From an uncultured Candidatus Melainabacteria bacterium (GTDB lineage: Bacteria; Cyanobacteriota; Vampirovibrionia; Gastranaerophilales; Gastranaerophilaceae): a stretch of 64,000 nucleotides of DNA. A program made the position numbers and the translations under genes. The notes beneath the pieces are model-generated. The model ran no database searches. It was not told where the DNA came from and saw only the letters and a program-made list of their open reading frames with translations. Below are positions 16,859-26,683 of the stretch, piece after piece. The stretch spans positions 51,727-115,726 of the forward strand of contig CAKVIE010000003.1 in assembly GCA_934754505.1 (NCBI GenBank), written 5' to 3'. Position 1 is the stretch's first letter; every line of letters starts with the position of its first letter.

Positions 16859-17824
16859 ATGGATAAGAAGATAAAAATTTTAATAGCGGTTGTTGTTATT
16901 GCATTTGTTGGAATTGTTATTTGGGCATTGTTTCCCGAAAAAGAAATTTTGCAGGGTGAAATTGAGGCTAAAACAGTCAATGTAAGTTCAAAAATTCCGG
17001 GGAGAATAACTCGTTTGGCAGTTGAAAAAGGTCAATTTGTCAAAAAAGGCGATGTACTTGCGGAACTTGATACACCTGAGCTTTCAGCAAAGCAGGAGCA
17101 GGTTTTGGCAAAAATTGATGCAGCATCAGCCGTTCAGGAAAAAGTTTATAACGGTTCAAGACAAGAGGCTGTTTTGGCTGCTAAAAGCAAAATGGAAGAA
17201 GCAAAAGCAGGGTATGAAATAAGTAAAAAAACAGATTTTAGATTGCAAAATCTCTATAAAGAAGGTGTTATTTCTGCTCAAAAGGCAGATGAATCGAAAG
17301 CAAAACTTCAAGCAAGCTACAATCTTTATTTAGCTGCAAAATCAGCTTACGAAATGCTTGCAAACGGCAACAGATATGAGGATAAAGAAGTTGCAAGAGC
17401 AAGTGTAAATCAGGCTAAAGGTGCTTTAAAAGAGATTGATTCTTATTTAAAAGAAAATAAATTGATTGCTCCTATTGATGGTGAAGTTTCTGAAATTTCG
17501 GCAGAAGAAGGCGAACTTGCAGGAACGGGCTATCCTATCGTTGTTTTAAACGATTCAAGCAAAATGTGGGCTACGTTTAATGTTCGAGAAACTTTACTTT
17601 CAAAATTAAAACAAGGTTCAGAAATAAAGGCTGACATTCCTGCTTTGGAATTGAAAAATGTCAAAATGAAAATATCTTTAATTGCCGTTCGTGGAAATTA
17701 TGCTACATATAAAGCTACCAGAGCAAAAGGCGAATACGATATCAAAACATTTGAAGTCAGAGCTGTTCCTGTTGAAAAAATCGACGGTTTGAAGCCGGGC
17801 ATGAGTGTTATTTTAAAGATGTAG
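16859..17824 (+). CDS. HlyD-family periplasmic adaptor (membrane fusion protein)
   Basis: N-terminal TM, lipoyl-like GDVLAELDTPE, long coiled-coil, beta-barrel C-terminus. Confidence 0.85.
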   Translation: MDKKIKILIAVVVIAFVGIVIWALFPEKEILQGEIEAKTVNVSSKIPGRITRLAVEKGQFVKKGDVLAELDTPELSAKQEQVLAKIDAASAVQEKVYNGSRQEAVLAAKSKMEEAKAGYEISKKTDFRLQNLYKEGVISAQKADESKAKLQASYNLYLAAKSAYEMLANGNRYEDKEVARASVNQAKGALKEIDSYLKENKLIAPIDGEVSEISAEEGELAGTGYPIVVLNDSSKMWATFNVRETLLSKLKQGSEIKADIPALELKNVKMKISLIAVRGNYATYKATRAKGEYDIKTFEVRAVPVEKIDGLKPGMSVILKM

Positions 17825-17827
17825 ATT

Positions 17828-18994
17828 ATGAACAGTTTTAAGGCGACATTTTTAAGAGAAATACAAAAAATTCTGTCATCGAAACAAATAATTTTGATTT
17901 TGACGGTAATTCCGCTGCTTTTATGCGGTTTGTTTGTGTACATTTTTCAAGATGAATCGCCGAGAGATTTGCCGATAAGTGTAATTGATTATGATAATTC
18001 CAAGACTTCTCGTGAGTTTGTCAGAATGCTTGATTCCGCCCCTGCTGTTCAGGTTCTTTATCGTCCGAGTAACGAATTGATTGCAAAAAGAGATATTATC
18101 AAAGGCAAAACTTATGCCGCACTTATTATCCCTGAAAATTTTGAAACAGATATTACAAAAGGAAATAAACCTGCTATTTCATTGAAATATAATAATCAAT
18201 ATCTTTTGACAGGTGGAATAATTTATAAAGATGTAATGACTGTTTTCAAGACTTTTCAAGCAAAGCAGGAGTATAAAAAACTTGTCAAAGCAGGTATAAA
18301 TCATGAAAAGGCTTTAAAAATATTAAATCCTGTTTCGATTGATGAACATGTCAAATCCAATCCGTATTTGAATTATGCGTATTTTTTGGTTTTAGCGGCA
18401 CTTGCTCATATATTGCAATTACTTGCTACGTTTGCGGTTATTTGGTCATTTGGTACGGAATTTAAAGATTGCACCTCTAAAGAGTGGTTAAAAACTGCCG
18501 ACAATTCGATTTTTGTTGCCGTATATGCAAAGATACTGCCGTATTTGCTTGTCTATACGGTAATCGGTGTTTTAATGTTTTTGATATACGAGGCTTGTTA
18601 TAATGCACCTGTTAACGGAAACTTATTATTTCTGTTTTTGACGTTGCCATTGTATTTATTGGCATATCAAAGTGTCGGAGTATTGTATGTTGCAATAACA
18701 AATAATTTGAGATTATCCTTGAGTGCAGGTTCGTTTTATACAGCTTTAGGGTTTACATTTGCAGGGGTGACATATCCTGTTTTTGCAATGCCGACTTTAG
18801 CTTGTATTTTTGCGAATATGCTGCCTATACATCATTGGTTGAAAATCGGCTTGGGGCAAACATTGCTTGGTATTCCCATAAAATATCAGCTTCATATTTG
18901 TTTGGTGTTGGTTTTGTTCTGTTTGTTACCGTTGCCTTTTATGGGAAAACTCAAGAAAAATGCACTTGATGAAAAATGTTGGGGTAAGTATTAA
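17828..18994 (+). CDS. ABC-2 type transporter permease
   Basis: N-terminal TM, a large extracytoplasmic loop, then a C-terminal bundle of about five TM helices (YhhJ/YbhS-like). Confidence 0.8.
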   Translation: MNSFKATFLREIQKILSSKQIILILTVIPLLLCGLFVYIFQDESPRDLPISVIDYDNSKTSREFVRMLDSAPAVQVLYRPSNELIAKRDIIKGKTYAALIIPENFETDITKGNKPAISLKYNNQYLLTGGIIYKDVMTVFKTFQAKQEYKKLVKAGINHEKALKILNPVSIDEHVKSNPYLNYAYFLVLAALAHILQLLATFAVIWSFGTEFKDCTSKEWLKTADNSIFVAVYAKILPYLLVYTVIGVLMFLIYEACYNAPVNGNLLFLFLTLPLYLLAYQSVGVLYVAITNNLRLSLSAGSFYTALGFTFAGVTYPVFAMPTLACIFANMLPIHHWLKIGLGQTLLGIPIKYQLHICLVLVLFCLLPLPFMGKLKKNALDEKCWGKY

Positions 18995-20136
18995 TGTTGA
19001 AATTTTTTGTCAAAGAATTTTTATTTGAATTAAAAAGAATATTTACAGACCCCGGGGCAGTTTTAATCCTTGTTTCAGCTGCTCTTTTGTACTCTATGGT
19101 TTATTCTTTGCCTTATTCAACTGAGGTTATAAAAGATATTCCGATAGGTGTTTGTGACAATGATAATACTAAATCTTCAAGAGATATTGTACAAAAAATA
19201 GATTCAAACCCGTATTTGCATATTGTTTCAAGACCTTTGAATTTGGAAGAAGCAAAAAAAGAGCTTAATAAACAAAAAATTTATGCTTATGTTGAAATTC
19301 CTCTAAATTATGCAAAAGATGTAAAACAAGGAACAAAGACAAATATTTCCGTATATACGGATTCAGGGTATTTGATTGTTTATCGTCAAATTATGACAAA
19401 TTTGAATTTGATTACGGGAACTGTTTCAAAAGGGCTTGAGATAAAAAGCATAATTAAAGAAACAGGTGATTATGATAAATCTTTAGATGCAGCAATTCCT
19501 GTGAATATTTCCGAAACGCCGTTGTTTAATTCTTCGGGTGGATATGAAAGTTATATTTTTCCTGCTGTGTTGATATTGATTTTGCAGCAGACCATGCTTG
19601 TCGGAATCGGGCTTCTTTGCGGTACAGACAGAGAACAAGGTTTATTTAAACGAATGACGGAGGATGAAATTCCTTTTTCGGTTTTGGCGAAAAGTTCTGC
19701 TTATGTCAGTATTTATCTTGTGCATTCCGTATTATATTTTTTAGTAATTCCTAAAATCTTTGGATATCCGTTGTATATGAATATTCCGTTAATAATAATT
19801 TTAATTGTTCCGTATTTGTATTCGGTAGCATTTTTAGGTCAAACACTTACTATATTTTTCGAAAAACGTGAAAGTTCTTTGATAAGTCTTGTTGTGTTAT
19901 CATTGCCGCTTGCGTTTTTGCCGGGGATAATTTGGCCAAAAGAATCAATCCCCGAAATTATAAGATGGTGTTCAATGCTGCTTCCAAGTACCAGTGGTAT
20001 GGATGCTATTGTAAAGGTAAATCAAATGGGAGCAGGAATAAAAGAGGTTTCAGTACCTTTAATGGTGCTTATTTTTTTAGCAATAACTTATTTCTATACA
20101 GCAAACAGAGTTTTCAAATTCTTGAAAAATGAATAA
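18994..20136 (+). CDS. ABC-2 type transporter permease (paralog)
   Basis: TAATG overlap with the previous gene and the same topology (YbhR-like). Confidence 0.8.
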   Translation: MLKFFVKEFLFELKRIFTDPGAVLILVSAALLYSMVYSLPYSTEVIKDIPIGVCDNDNTKSSRDIVQKIDSNPYLHIVSRPLNLEEAKKELNKQKIYAYVEIPLNYAKDVKQGTKTNISVYTDSGYLIVYRQIMTNLNLITGTVSKGLEIKSIIKETGDYDKSLDAAIPVNISETPLFNSSGGYESYIFPAVLILILQQTMLVGIGLLCGTDREQGLFKRMTEDEIPFSVLAKSSAYVSIYLVHSVLYFLVIPKIFGYPLYMNIPLIIILIVPYLYSVAFLGQTLTIFFEKRESSLISLVVLSLPLAFLPGIIWPKESIPEIIRWCSMLLPSTSGMDAIVKVNQMGAGIKEVSVPLMVLIFLAITYFYTANRVFKFLKNE

Positions 20137-20222
20137 TTTTAATTATTTAATAATTGAAACTATATACAATTTGTGGTAAAATTATTGTGACTGCTTTTAG
20201 TAACATTATTGAAGTTTTTAAT

Positions 20223-21164
20223 ATGAGTAATGAGAACGAGAAACCGAAAAAACGATTAGTAAAAAAAACAGCCAAAAGACCTCTTATCAGGATTAATGAA
20301 AAGGTCTTAAGCAGAAAGATAGTTGTAGATACCGATGGTATAAAAAAGGAGGTTATAAAATCCGAATATACCGACGAAAATGGTGTTAAAAAAATAGCAA
20401 TCAGAAAAATAAAAGTAAAAGATAATCCTAAAATCAAAAGTGCAACAGATTCAGTTAGTAAAGAAGCAGTAGATGATAGTGAAAAAAATGACAATCCCAA
20501 AAAAGACGGTATAAAAAAAATCACGAGAAATAAATCAAAACAACGTAAGTTTTGGGGTAAATATGGTGTTGCAATTATATTTACAGGTGTTTTTGCTTTC
20601 TTTTTCGGTCTATGGATGTATATTGCACCGATTGCGATTTCTTTTAAGGTCAATGATTTGTATTTTGAAAAAATGTTAAAATCGAAATTTGGTTTATCAC
20701 TTGATTGTTCAGGAACAAGAATTTATACAACACCTACACTTGGTGTAGGTATTAATATTAAAAATCCGAAAGTTTATTTTGGAACAAATGAAGATAGCAA
20801 AATTGATGAGAATTTATACTTTAAGGCTAAAAGTGTAAATATGGAAATTCAAGCAATACCTTATTTTATGAAGACCATAAAATTTAATAGTTTTGTTATA
20901 AGGAATTTAAATGCATCTATATACCAAGATGCAGATGGTAAATTTTCTTATGTTTCTAATATCAGAAATAATTTCAATCCTCAAATGAAGAAAATTATGG
21001 TATATGTGCCGGATATTGAGTTGAAAAACTTTGCGTTTAAAAAATACAGTGATTTGACAGGCGATTATAAAGTTGATTCGGGGCTTGAAGGTAATATTAA
21101 GGCTTCGGTAGTTAAAGAAGTTTTACAGCAATCTGACAAAGTCACTGATGTCATGCTCCGTTAA
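20223..21164 (+). CDS. short AsmA-N-like protein with a Lys-rich cytoplasmic N-terminus
   Basis: ATG at 20223 is preferred over the ORF-track start. TM YGVAIIFTGVFAFFFGLWMYIAPIAI. The segment GLSLDCSGTRIYTTPTLGVGINIKNPKV parallels the N-terminus of the next gene. Confidence 0.55.
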   Translation: MSNENEKPKKRLVKKTAKRPLIRINEKVLSRKIVVDTDGIKKEVIKSEYTDENGVKKIAIRKIKVKDNPKIKSATDSVSKEAVDDSEKNDNPKKDGIKKITRNKSKQRKFWGKYGVAIIFTGVFAFFFGLWMYIAPIAISFKVNDLYFEKMLKSKFGLSLDCSGTRIYTTPTLGVGINIKNPKVYFGTNEDSKIDENLYFKAKSVNMEIQAIPYFMKTIKFNSFVIRNLNASIYQDADGKFSYVSNIRNNFNPQMKKIMVYVPDIELKNFAFKKYSDLTGDYKVDSGLEGNIKASVVKEVLQQSDKVTDVMLR

Positions 21165-21208
21165 TTTGGTATAATTAATATATCAAAACATTAATAAGGA
21201 GTATTCTC

Positions 21209-24200
21209 ATGCAAAAATTTTTAAAAGGCATGTTAATTTTCATTGGCGGCTTTATATTACTTGCATACTTGTTATTTTTAGTTGTTCCGCCTGTTTTCAT
21301 AAATCCTGCTAAGTATAAAGCAGATATTCAGCAAGTGGTAGCGGAGGCTTGCGGGCTGAATTTGGACTTTAAAAAAGCAAGAATTATCACAACACCGTTA
21401 TTGGGTATCGGTTTAAAAGCTGACGGTTTATCGGTAGCTATGCTTGATAAAAAAGAAATTTTTTCTTCTCAAAAAGCTGTTGTAAGATTGTCGTTGCCGT
21501 CTTTATTGTTCAAAACAGTTAAAATCACTTGTTTTGAGGTCAAAAATCCGACGGTCAATTTTAATATTAATAAGTCAGGTACTCAATATGAATTAATTGA
21601 GTATTTTAACGAAAGAAATAAAAACACGAATAGTGTTAATGCTGATGAACAAACAACTTCTGTGTCGTCAACGTTTGATGATTGGAAGTTTAAATTAGAT
21701 AAGCTTAAAATCACAAATTTCAATATTAATGTAAAAGATAAAAAGAACGGTAAGAGATTAAGATTATACGGAAGTGAATTTTTGGCATCATTTGACGGAA
21801 AGACATTGCATGTCAAAACCATGCCCGAATTATATTATGACGAAACGAAAAATGTCGTAGCAGATATTGATTTAAAGACTTATATTCCGAAGTTTGAGGC
21901 TGTCGAAACAACAGAACCTGCTCAACCTGCTGAATTTATTAATTTAGTTGATATGTACGGAAAATATGATTTAAAGACGAATATAAAAGTTCATGCGGAT
22001 ATAAAAGAGGAAGAAAATAAACCGAATATTGATGGTGATATTGAGGTAAAAGATTTAACATTAAAAGTCGGAAATCTTCAATTACCGAGCAGTTATTTTA
22101 TTTTGAAAACGAAAGGTGATACATCTGACATAGATACGAAGATATATTTAAGTGAAAACTCAAGTGCAGCGGTCAACGGAACGGTAAAACACGGCAAAAA
22201 ATTCAATGCTGATTTGAATGTTAAGACGGATAAAATTTATTTTGAAAACGTTGTTCGTCTTGCAGAAGCTGTTTTAAATTCTTTTAATATCAAAAACGAA
22301 CTTGCATTTGTCAGTGCAAAAGGCTTTTTAGAAGCTGATGTTAAGGTTATGACGGATTTGAAACGACTTTCGACAGACGGTATTTTATTGCTTGTCGGCG
22401 GCAGCTTTTATGATAAGAAAAGTGGTTTGAATATCAGTAATTTTAATTCAAAATTACTTTTTGCCGACAATATGTTGAAAATTACGGAAACTCAAACTTT
22501 TGTAAACGGTACACCTTTCAAGGCAAATGGTACGATTGACGAAAATACAAATGTAAATATAAAAGTGTTTACGGATAATTTACCTTTGAAAAATTTATAT
22601 AGCAAGTTTGCACCGAAGGATATAACGAAAGCTTATTCTCTTAACAGCGGTAATCTTGGCTTAAATATACTTTTGTCAGGTAAATTGGAAGCCTTGAAAG
22701 CAGATGTTAAAACTGTTATTTCAAATTTGTCGATTAAAGATAAGGTTAATAATATATATATTTCAGACGGAAGATGTAATGTTGATATTTCAACTGATAT
22801 GAAAACCTTTAACGGCAATATTTCAAACAGTAATTTGATAGTGTCGGCTCCGTCGTTTATGACAAAAATTTCCAATCCGAGTTTGAAAGCAGCTTTTGAT
22901 GCGGATAAAATTACAATTTTGCCGTCAGTTGCTACTTTGAATGGAAATTCTAAAATAACTTTATCAGGAGATATAAAAAATTATGCTAAAAAACCTGATA
23001 TCAATATTGTTGCCAATGGCAGCCTGTTAAGTTCCGATTTGAAAAAATTTGCAGGAAAAGATGCGGCTCCGTATTTGAAAGCAGCTGGCAGTATCCCTGT
23101 AAAAATGACCATTTCGGGCGATGATAAAAAACAAAACGTTTTGGTTAAATTGTATGGAACTCCGTCAAGTTATGTTACACCGATTGATTTTAAACAAGCG
23201 GTCGGAAAAACTTCCGTTTTGTTGATTAATGCGGATATCAGCAATAATAAAATAGACTTGTCAAAAACAGGTTTATATACGGGGGCAAACATTAACGGTG
23301 CCGACGGTGTAGAACTTGTCGGTGTTTCAGGCGGATTAAACCTTGATAAGAATATGACTTTGAATAATATAAAAATTGTTTCAAAAGGTTCGCAGCCGAT
23401 TGGAATTTGTGCATTTAATAAATCAAATGCGGTTGCAGATGTTAATATAACTGTTTCGGGAACTGCCGTAAAGCCTGTTTTGTCTGGAAGTATAAATGCA
23501 AACGATGTAAATATTCCTGAGCTTTTGACAAAAGTTCAAAACGGTTCTGTCAAATTGAATAATAAAACCTTTAGTTTTGATGTTAAGAATTTGAATTTGA
23601 ACGGTTCTGCGATTGACGTGAACGGTGTCGGTCTTTTGGATTACAAGCCGACGGTTACACTGACGGATTTCAATCTTTTATCAGACTATATAAATGCTGA
23701 TAAGGCTATGAAAGTTGCAGAAGAAAGTGCTAAAGTGCCTGCACTTTCAGCAGGAAATTCAACTGCAGCTCCCGTTTTGCCTGTCAAAATTAATTCCGGC
23801 TCGATAGATATCAAAAAATTGAGTTCAGGTGCTATTGTTGCGGAAGATATTTCAAGCAAAATGTCTTTGGCTAAAAATATTTTGTATTTGACAAAGTTGA
23901 ACGCAAAGGCTTTTGACGGCTCGTTTAATTCGGATATTTCAATGAATATCTTTACTTCTGCCATGAAAATCAAAGCAACAGGTGCCAATATGAATGCCGA
24001 TAAAACTATTACAGCATGTGCGGGCATGAAGGGGACAGTATTTGGCACTTTGGGTTTCAATGCCGATATAACTTTGAAAGGTGCCGATTATATTCAACAG
24101 ATGAAAACCTTGAACGGTAAAGCCGATTTCACGATTACGAACGGACAGTTTGGCACACTCGGCAGATTTGAAACATTTTTGAGAGCTGACAACCTTGTTT

Positions 24201-24862
24201 CAAATGCATTTATAGCAACGAAAGCAGGAACGTTGATTAATAAAGTATCTCCGCATAATACGGCGGAATTTGATAATTTAAAGGGAAAAGTGACTTTCAG
24301 AAACGGTTTGATGACTATTTCCGAAATTGCTTCTGCAGGTAAAAATATGAGCATGTACATAATCGGTAAAATGAATTTGGTGAATAACAATGCCGACATG
24401 ACTGTTTTTGGCAGAATTTCTCCGCAAATAACAAGCTTGCTCGGACCTCTCAACCGGTTAAATCCTGTTAATATTTTGAAATCTTACGATTCTACTTGGG
24501 CAGTTGTGACGGTTGGAGTTTTGAAATCTCTTAACCAAGCAGCAACACCTGCCGAAATTAATAAAATTCCGTCCTTGATACCTTATCAAAACGATGAATT
24601 AACAAGCAAATTTATCGTTAAAATAAACGGTAATGTCGAAAAACCGCAAAAGATTGTAAAATCTTTTAAATGGCTGAGTGCACAAAGCGACATTAATCAA
24701 GCGGAACAAAAAATTAATCCTGCAAAACAGGTAAAAGAGATAATTAATTCTATTCCGAAAACAAAAGAAGAAACGGTTAATATGATTAAAGAAGCAGGAA
24801 AAAATACTCTTATGAATATCGGTAAACAGCTTTTGAACGGAAATCAGGAGGCTCAAGAGTAG
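21209..24862 (+). CDS. AsmA-family (TamB-like) large envelope protein
   Basis: AGGAG SD. N-terminal anchor plus LNLDFKKARIITTPLLGIGLKADGLSV. 1217 aa, beta-rich. C-terminal AsmA_2-like GKADFTITNGQFG. Confidence 0.8.
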   Translation: MQKFLKGMLIFIGGFILLAYLLFLVVPPVFINPAKYKADIQQVVAEACGLNLDFKKARIITTPLLGIGLKADGLSVAMLDKKEIFSSQKAVVRLSLPSLLFKTVKITCFEVKNPTVNFNINKSGTQYELIEYFNERNKNTNSVNADEQTTSVSSTFDDWKFKLDKLKITNFNINVKDKKNGKRLRLYGSEFLASFDGKTLHVKTMPELYYDETKNVVADIDLKTYIPKFEAVETTEPAQPAEFINLVDMYGKYDLKTNIKVHADIKEEENKPNIDGDIEVKDLTLKVGNLQLPSSYFILKTKGDTSDIDTKIYLSENSSAAVNGTVKHGKKFNADLNVKTDKIYFENVVRLAEAVLNSFNIKNELAFVSAKGFLEADVKVMTDLKRLSTDGILLLVGGSFYDKKSGLNISNFNSKLLFADNMLKITETQTFVNGTPFKANGTIDENTNVNIKVFTDNLPLKNLYSKFAPKDITKAYSLNSGNLGLNILLSGKLEALKADVKTVISNLSIKDKVNNIYISDGRCNVDISTDMKTFNGNISNSNLIVSAPSFMTKISNPSLKAAFDADKITILPSVATLNGNSKITLSGDIKNYAKKPDINIVANGSLLSSDLKKFAGKDAAPYLKAAGSIPVKMTISGDDKKQNVLVKLYGTPSSYVTPIDFKQAVGKTSVLLINADISNNKIDLSKTGLYTGANINGADGVELVGVSGGLNLDKNMTLNNIKIVSKGSQPIGICAFNKSNAVADVNITVSGTAVKPVLSGSINANDVNIPELLTKVQNGSVKLNNKTFSFDVKNLNLNGSAIDVNGVGLLDYKPTVTLTDFNLLSDYINADKAMKVAEESAKVPALSAGNSTAAPVLPVKINSGSIDIKKLSSGAIVAEDISSKMSLAKNILYLTKLNAKAFDGSFNSDISMNIFTSAMKIKATGANMNADKTITACAGMKGTVFGTLGFNADITLKGADYIQQMKTLNGKADFTITNGQFGTLGRFETFLRADNLVSNAFIATKAGTLINKVSPHNTAEFDNLKGKVTFRNGLMTISEIASAGKNMSMYIIGKMNLVNNNADMTVFGRISPQITSLLGPLNRLNPVNILKSYDSTWAVVTVGVLKSLNQAATPAEINKIPSLIPYQNDELTSKFIVKINGNVEKPQKIVKSFKWLSAQSDINQAEQKINPAKQVKEIINSIPKTKEETVNMIKEAGKNTLMNIGKQLLNGNQEAQE

Positions 24863-24880
24863 TTTGGCTATTTAAAGAAA

Positions 24881-24916
24881 CAGCCTCGATATTTTAAAAT
24901 TGAGGCTGCTTTTTTG
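24881..24916 (+). terminator. intrinsic terminator after the AsmA-like gene
   Basis: CAGCCTC (24881-24887) pairs with GAGGCTG (24902-24908), followed by T6. Confidence 0.75.
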
Positions 24917-25061
24917 TAAATTTCTTGTAAAAATTATTACTTTTTGTAAATTTTTATATTAAAATATAGTAGCAACTGACAAAATAATTCTATTACGAGT
25001 TATAAAACAGTATCAATAAAACATGTGTGTTTATAGAGAATAAATAGAAATCAGGGTGAAA

Positions 25062-26246
25062 ATGAATCTCAACGGAATCAATCAAATTCAACCGACAGTA
25101 GTGCAGAAGGCAAAAGAAAGCACTAAAGCAGCGGAAACAACTGCACCTCAAGCAGAACAAGCAGCAAAGAAACCATCAGACTCAGGATGTTTGAAGAACT
25201 ATTTCTTGGGCGGCGTTTCATTCTCGGGACATCCTTGCTCAACTTCAGAATTTGCAGTTAAGAGATTGAAAGATGTACCATGCTGTTGTTGTGGTAAGCC
25301 GATGTTAAGAAATGAAGATTTGTCGGTATGCCAAAAAGCAGTAGCAAACAGCTCAGGCGGTAAACTTGCGGCAACATTAAAAGAATACAGCAAGTACATG
25401 AGAGCTGATGAAAAAGCGGTCGGAACGATTTTGGCACAAGAAGCAAAAGCAACAGGCTGCAATCTTGGTCAAGCAATGCGTAATACAGAAGACAGATTGC
25501 CCGAATTGACAGGCAAATATGCAAACAGCATTTTGACAGAAATTAAGTCAGTAGCAACAGATGCGTTCAAGTCGGAAGAAAACCCCGTTAACGGATTGAT
25601 TGCAAAAGCAGAAAAAGACATAGAAGCAGGTCGAGGACTTGACAGATGTGATTTTGTTGAAAAACTTGAAAAAGCAGGCGGCAGTTTGAGTGAAGAAAAT
25701 CAAGCATTAATGCAAGATATGGCTATGGATTTACCGCAAACATTCAACCATGTTCAAAGAATTTATGATAAATATGCCGGTAAAAAGGATATGGACATAG
25801 CAAGAAGATTGTTCACGACGGCATTAACAACAGCAGAACACATTCACCCGCACTCATTGGGTGGTCCGAACAATACAGCTAACTACATTGCAGAATGTGC
25901 AGGTTGTAACAACCCGAGAGGAAACATGAGTTATGCTGAATGGTTGAAGGTTCACCCGGAATATCCGAGAAAGGCTCAAGACCATATTGAACACGTTCAA
26001 GCAAGAATAATCAATGGAGAAATCGGTAAAAATTACAACGATTATCCGATTGATGTAAGAGCTTCTCTTTCAAAAGAATCAGGCGGAAGAATGGTATTGA
26101 GAGTTCTTAATCCGCAAACAATTGAAAATATGAGAAGACAAAGAGGTAAAACAGGCGAAGTTGATGTTCAAGATGTAAGAGATGCATATAATCAACAAGA
26201 AGGTATAAAGCCTGAAGAACAAGAAGAAAAATCTGAAAAAGCATAA
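25062..26246 (+). CDS. orphan protein with a C-terminal HNH (His-Me finger) nuclease-like motif
   Basis: EHIHPHSLGGPNNTANYIAECAGCNNPRGN at 25836-25925. CCCC cluster at 25281-25292. ATG at 25062 with AGGG upstream; a GTG at 25056 is an alternative start. Confidence 0.65.
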   Translation: MNLNGINQIQPTVVQKAKESTKAAETTAPQAEQAAKKPSDSGCLKNYFLGGVSFSGHPCSTSEFAVKRLKDVPCCCCGKPMLRNEDLSVCQKAVANSSGGKLAATLKEYSKYMRADEKAVGTILAQEAKATGCNLGQAMRNTEDRLPELTGKYANSILTEIKSVATDAFKSEENPVNGLIAKAEKDIEAGRGLDRCDFVEKLEKAGGSLSEENQALMQDMAMDLPQTFNHVQRIYDKYAGKKDMDIARRLFTTALTTAEHIHPHSLGGPNNTANYIAECAGCNNPRGNMSYAEWLKVHPEYPRKAQDHIEHVQARIINGEIGKNYNDYPIDVRASLSKESGGRMVLRVLNPQTIENMRRQRGKTGEVDVQDVRDAYNQQEGIKPEEQEEKSEKA

Positions 26247-26265
26247 TTTTTCTATAAAGCACATA

Positions 26266-26304
26266 AAAGCGGTTTGTATTTCTCAATACAAACCGCTTTT
26301 TTTT
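26266..26304 (+). terminator. strong intrinsic terminator after the HNH gene
   Basis: 14-bp perfect stem aaagcggtttgtat / atacaaaccgcttt followed by a T-tract. Confidence 0.85.
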
Positions 26305-26360
26305 ATTTAAAATGATTAATGACAAACATGGGTTGAATTCTTGCTATGAGTATTTTTTTT

Positions 26361-26393
26361 GTCATCACGAGGAGCGGAGCGACGTGGTGATCC
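26361..26393 (+). repeat. 33-nt hairpin repeat, copy A
   Basis: GTCATCACGAGGAGCGGAGCGACGTGGTGATCC. Matches the reverse complement of copy B at 22 of 33 positions. Confidence 0.7.
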
Positions 26394-26574
26394 GGTAAAA
26401 TTACGGATAATTTATAAAAAACAAATCGAGCATATTGGAGAGAGTATTTGTTGTTTTCGAAGTTTGCGTAAAAAATTTTCAATGTTTGAGGACAGAGTCC
26501 GAGTTTTGAAATTTTAGCAAACGAGAAATTACAAACAAATAACGAGCGGAAATCAGCGAGAGAGTTTCTTTGTG

Positions 26575-26604
26575 CAACGTTTCTTTGCGGACAAAGAAAT
26601 GTTG
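26575..26604 (+). other. 13-bp hairpin with a CGGA loop and U-rich 3' flank (possible terminator or sRNA 3' end)
   Basis: caacgtttctttg-cgga-caaagaaatgttg. All positions pair on the plus strand (one G-U). Followed by cgtttgtttgtatttt. Confidence 0.5.
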
Positions 26605-26640
26605 CGTTTGTTTGTATTTTGCAAATGTAGTTTTTCTTCT

Positions 26641-26673
26641 GGATTGCCACGAGGCAAAGCCTCTCGCAATGAC
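26641..26673 (-). repeat. 33-nt hairpin repeat, copy B (inverted relative to A)
   Basis: Minus strand reads GTCATTGCGAGAGGCTTTGCCTCGTGGCAATCC. Stems ATTGC/GCAAT and GAGGC/GCCTC. Confidence 0.7.
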
Positions 26674-26683
26674 GTGTTTTTCA

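Noticed and set aside
26390-26404. 15-nt identity ATCCGGTAAAATTAC shared with 49088-49102 (start of the CgeB-like gene)
   Set aside because: By rough estimate, a single 15-mer match in a 64-kb AT-rich window is within chance expectation. The flanks do not align.
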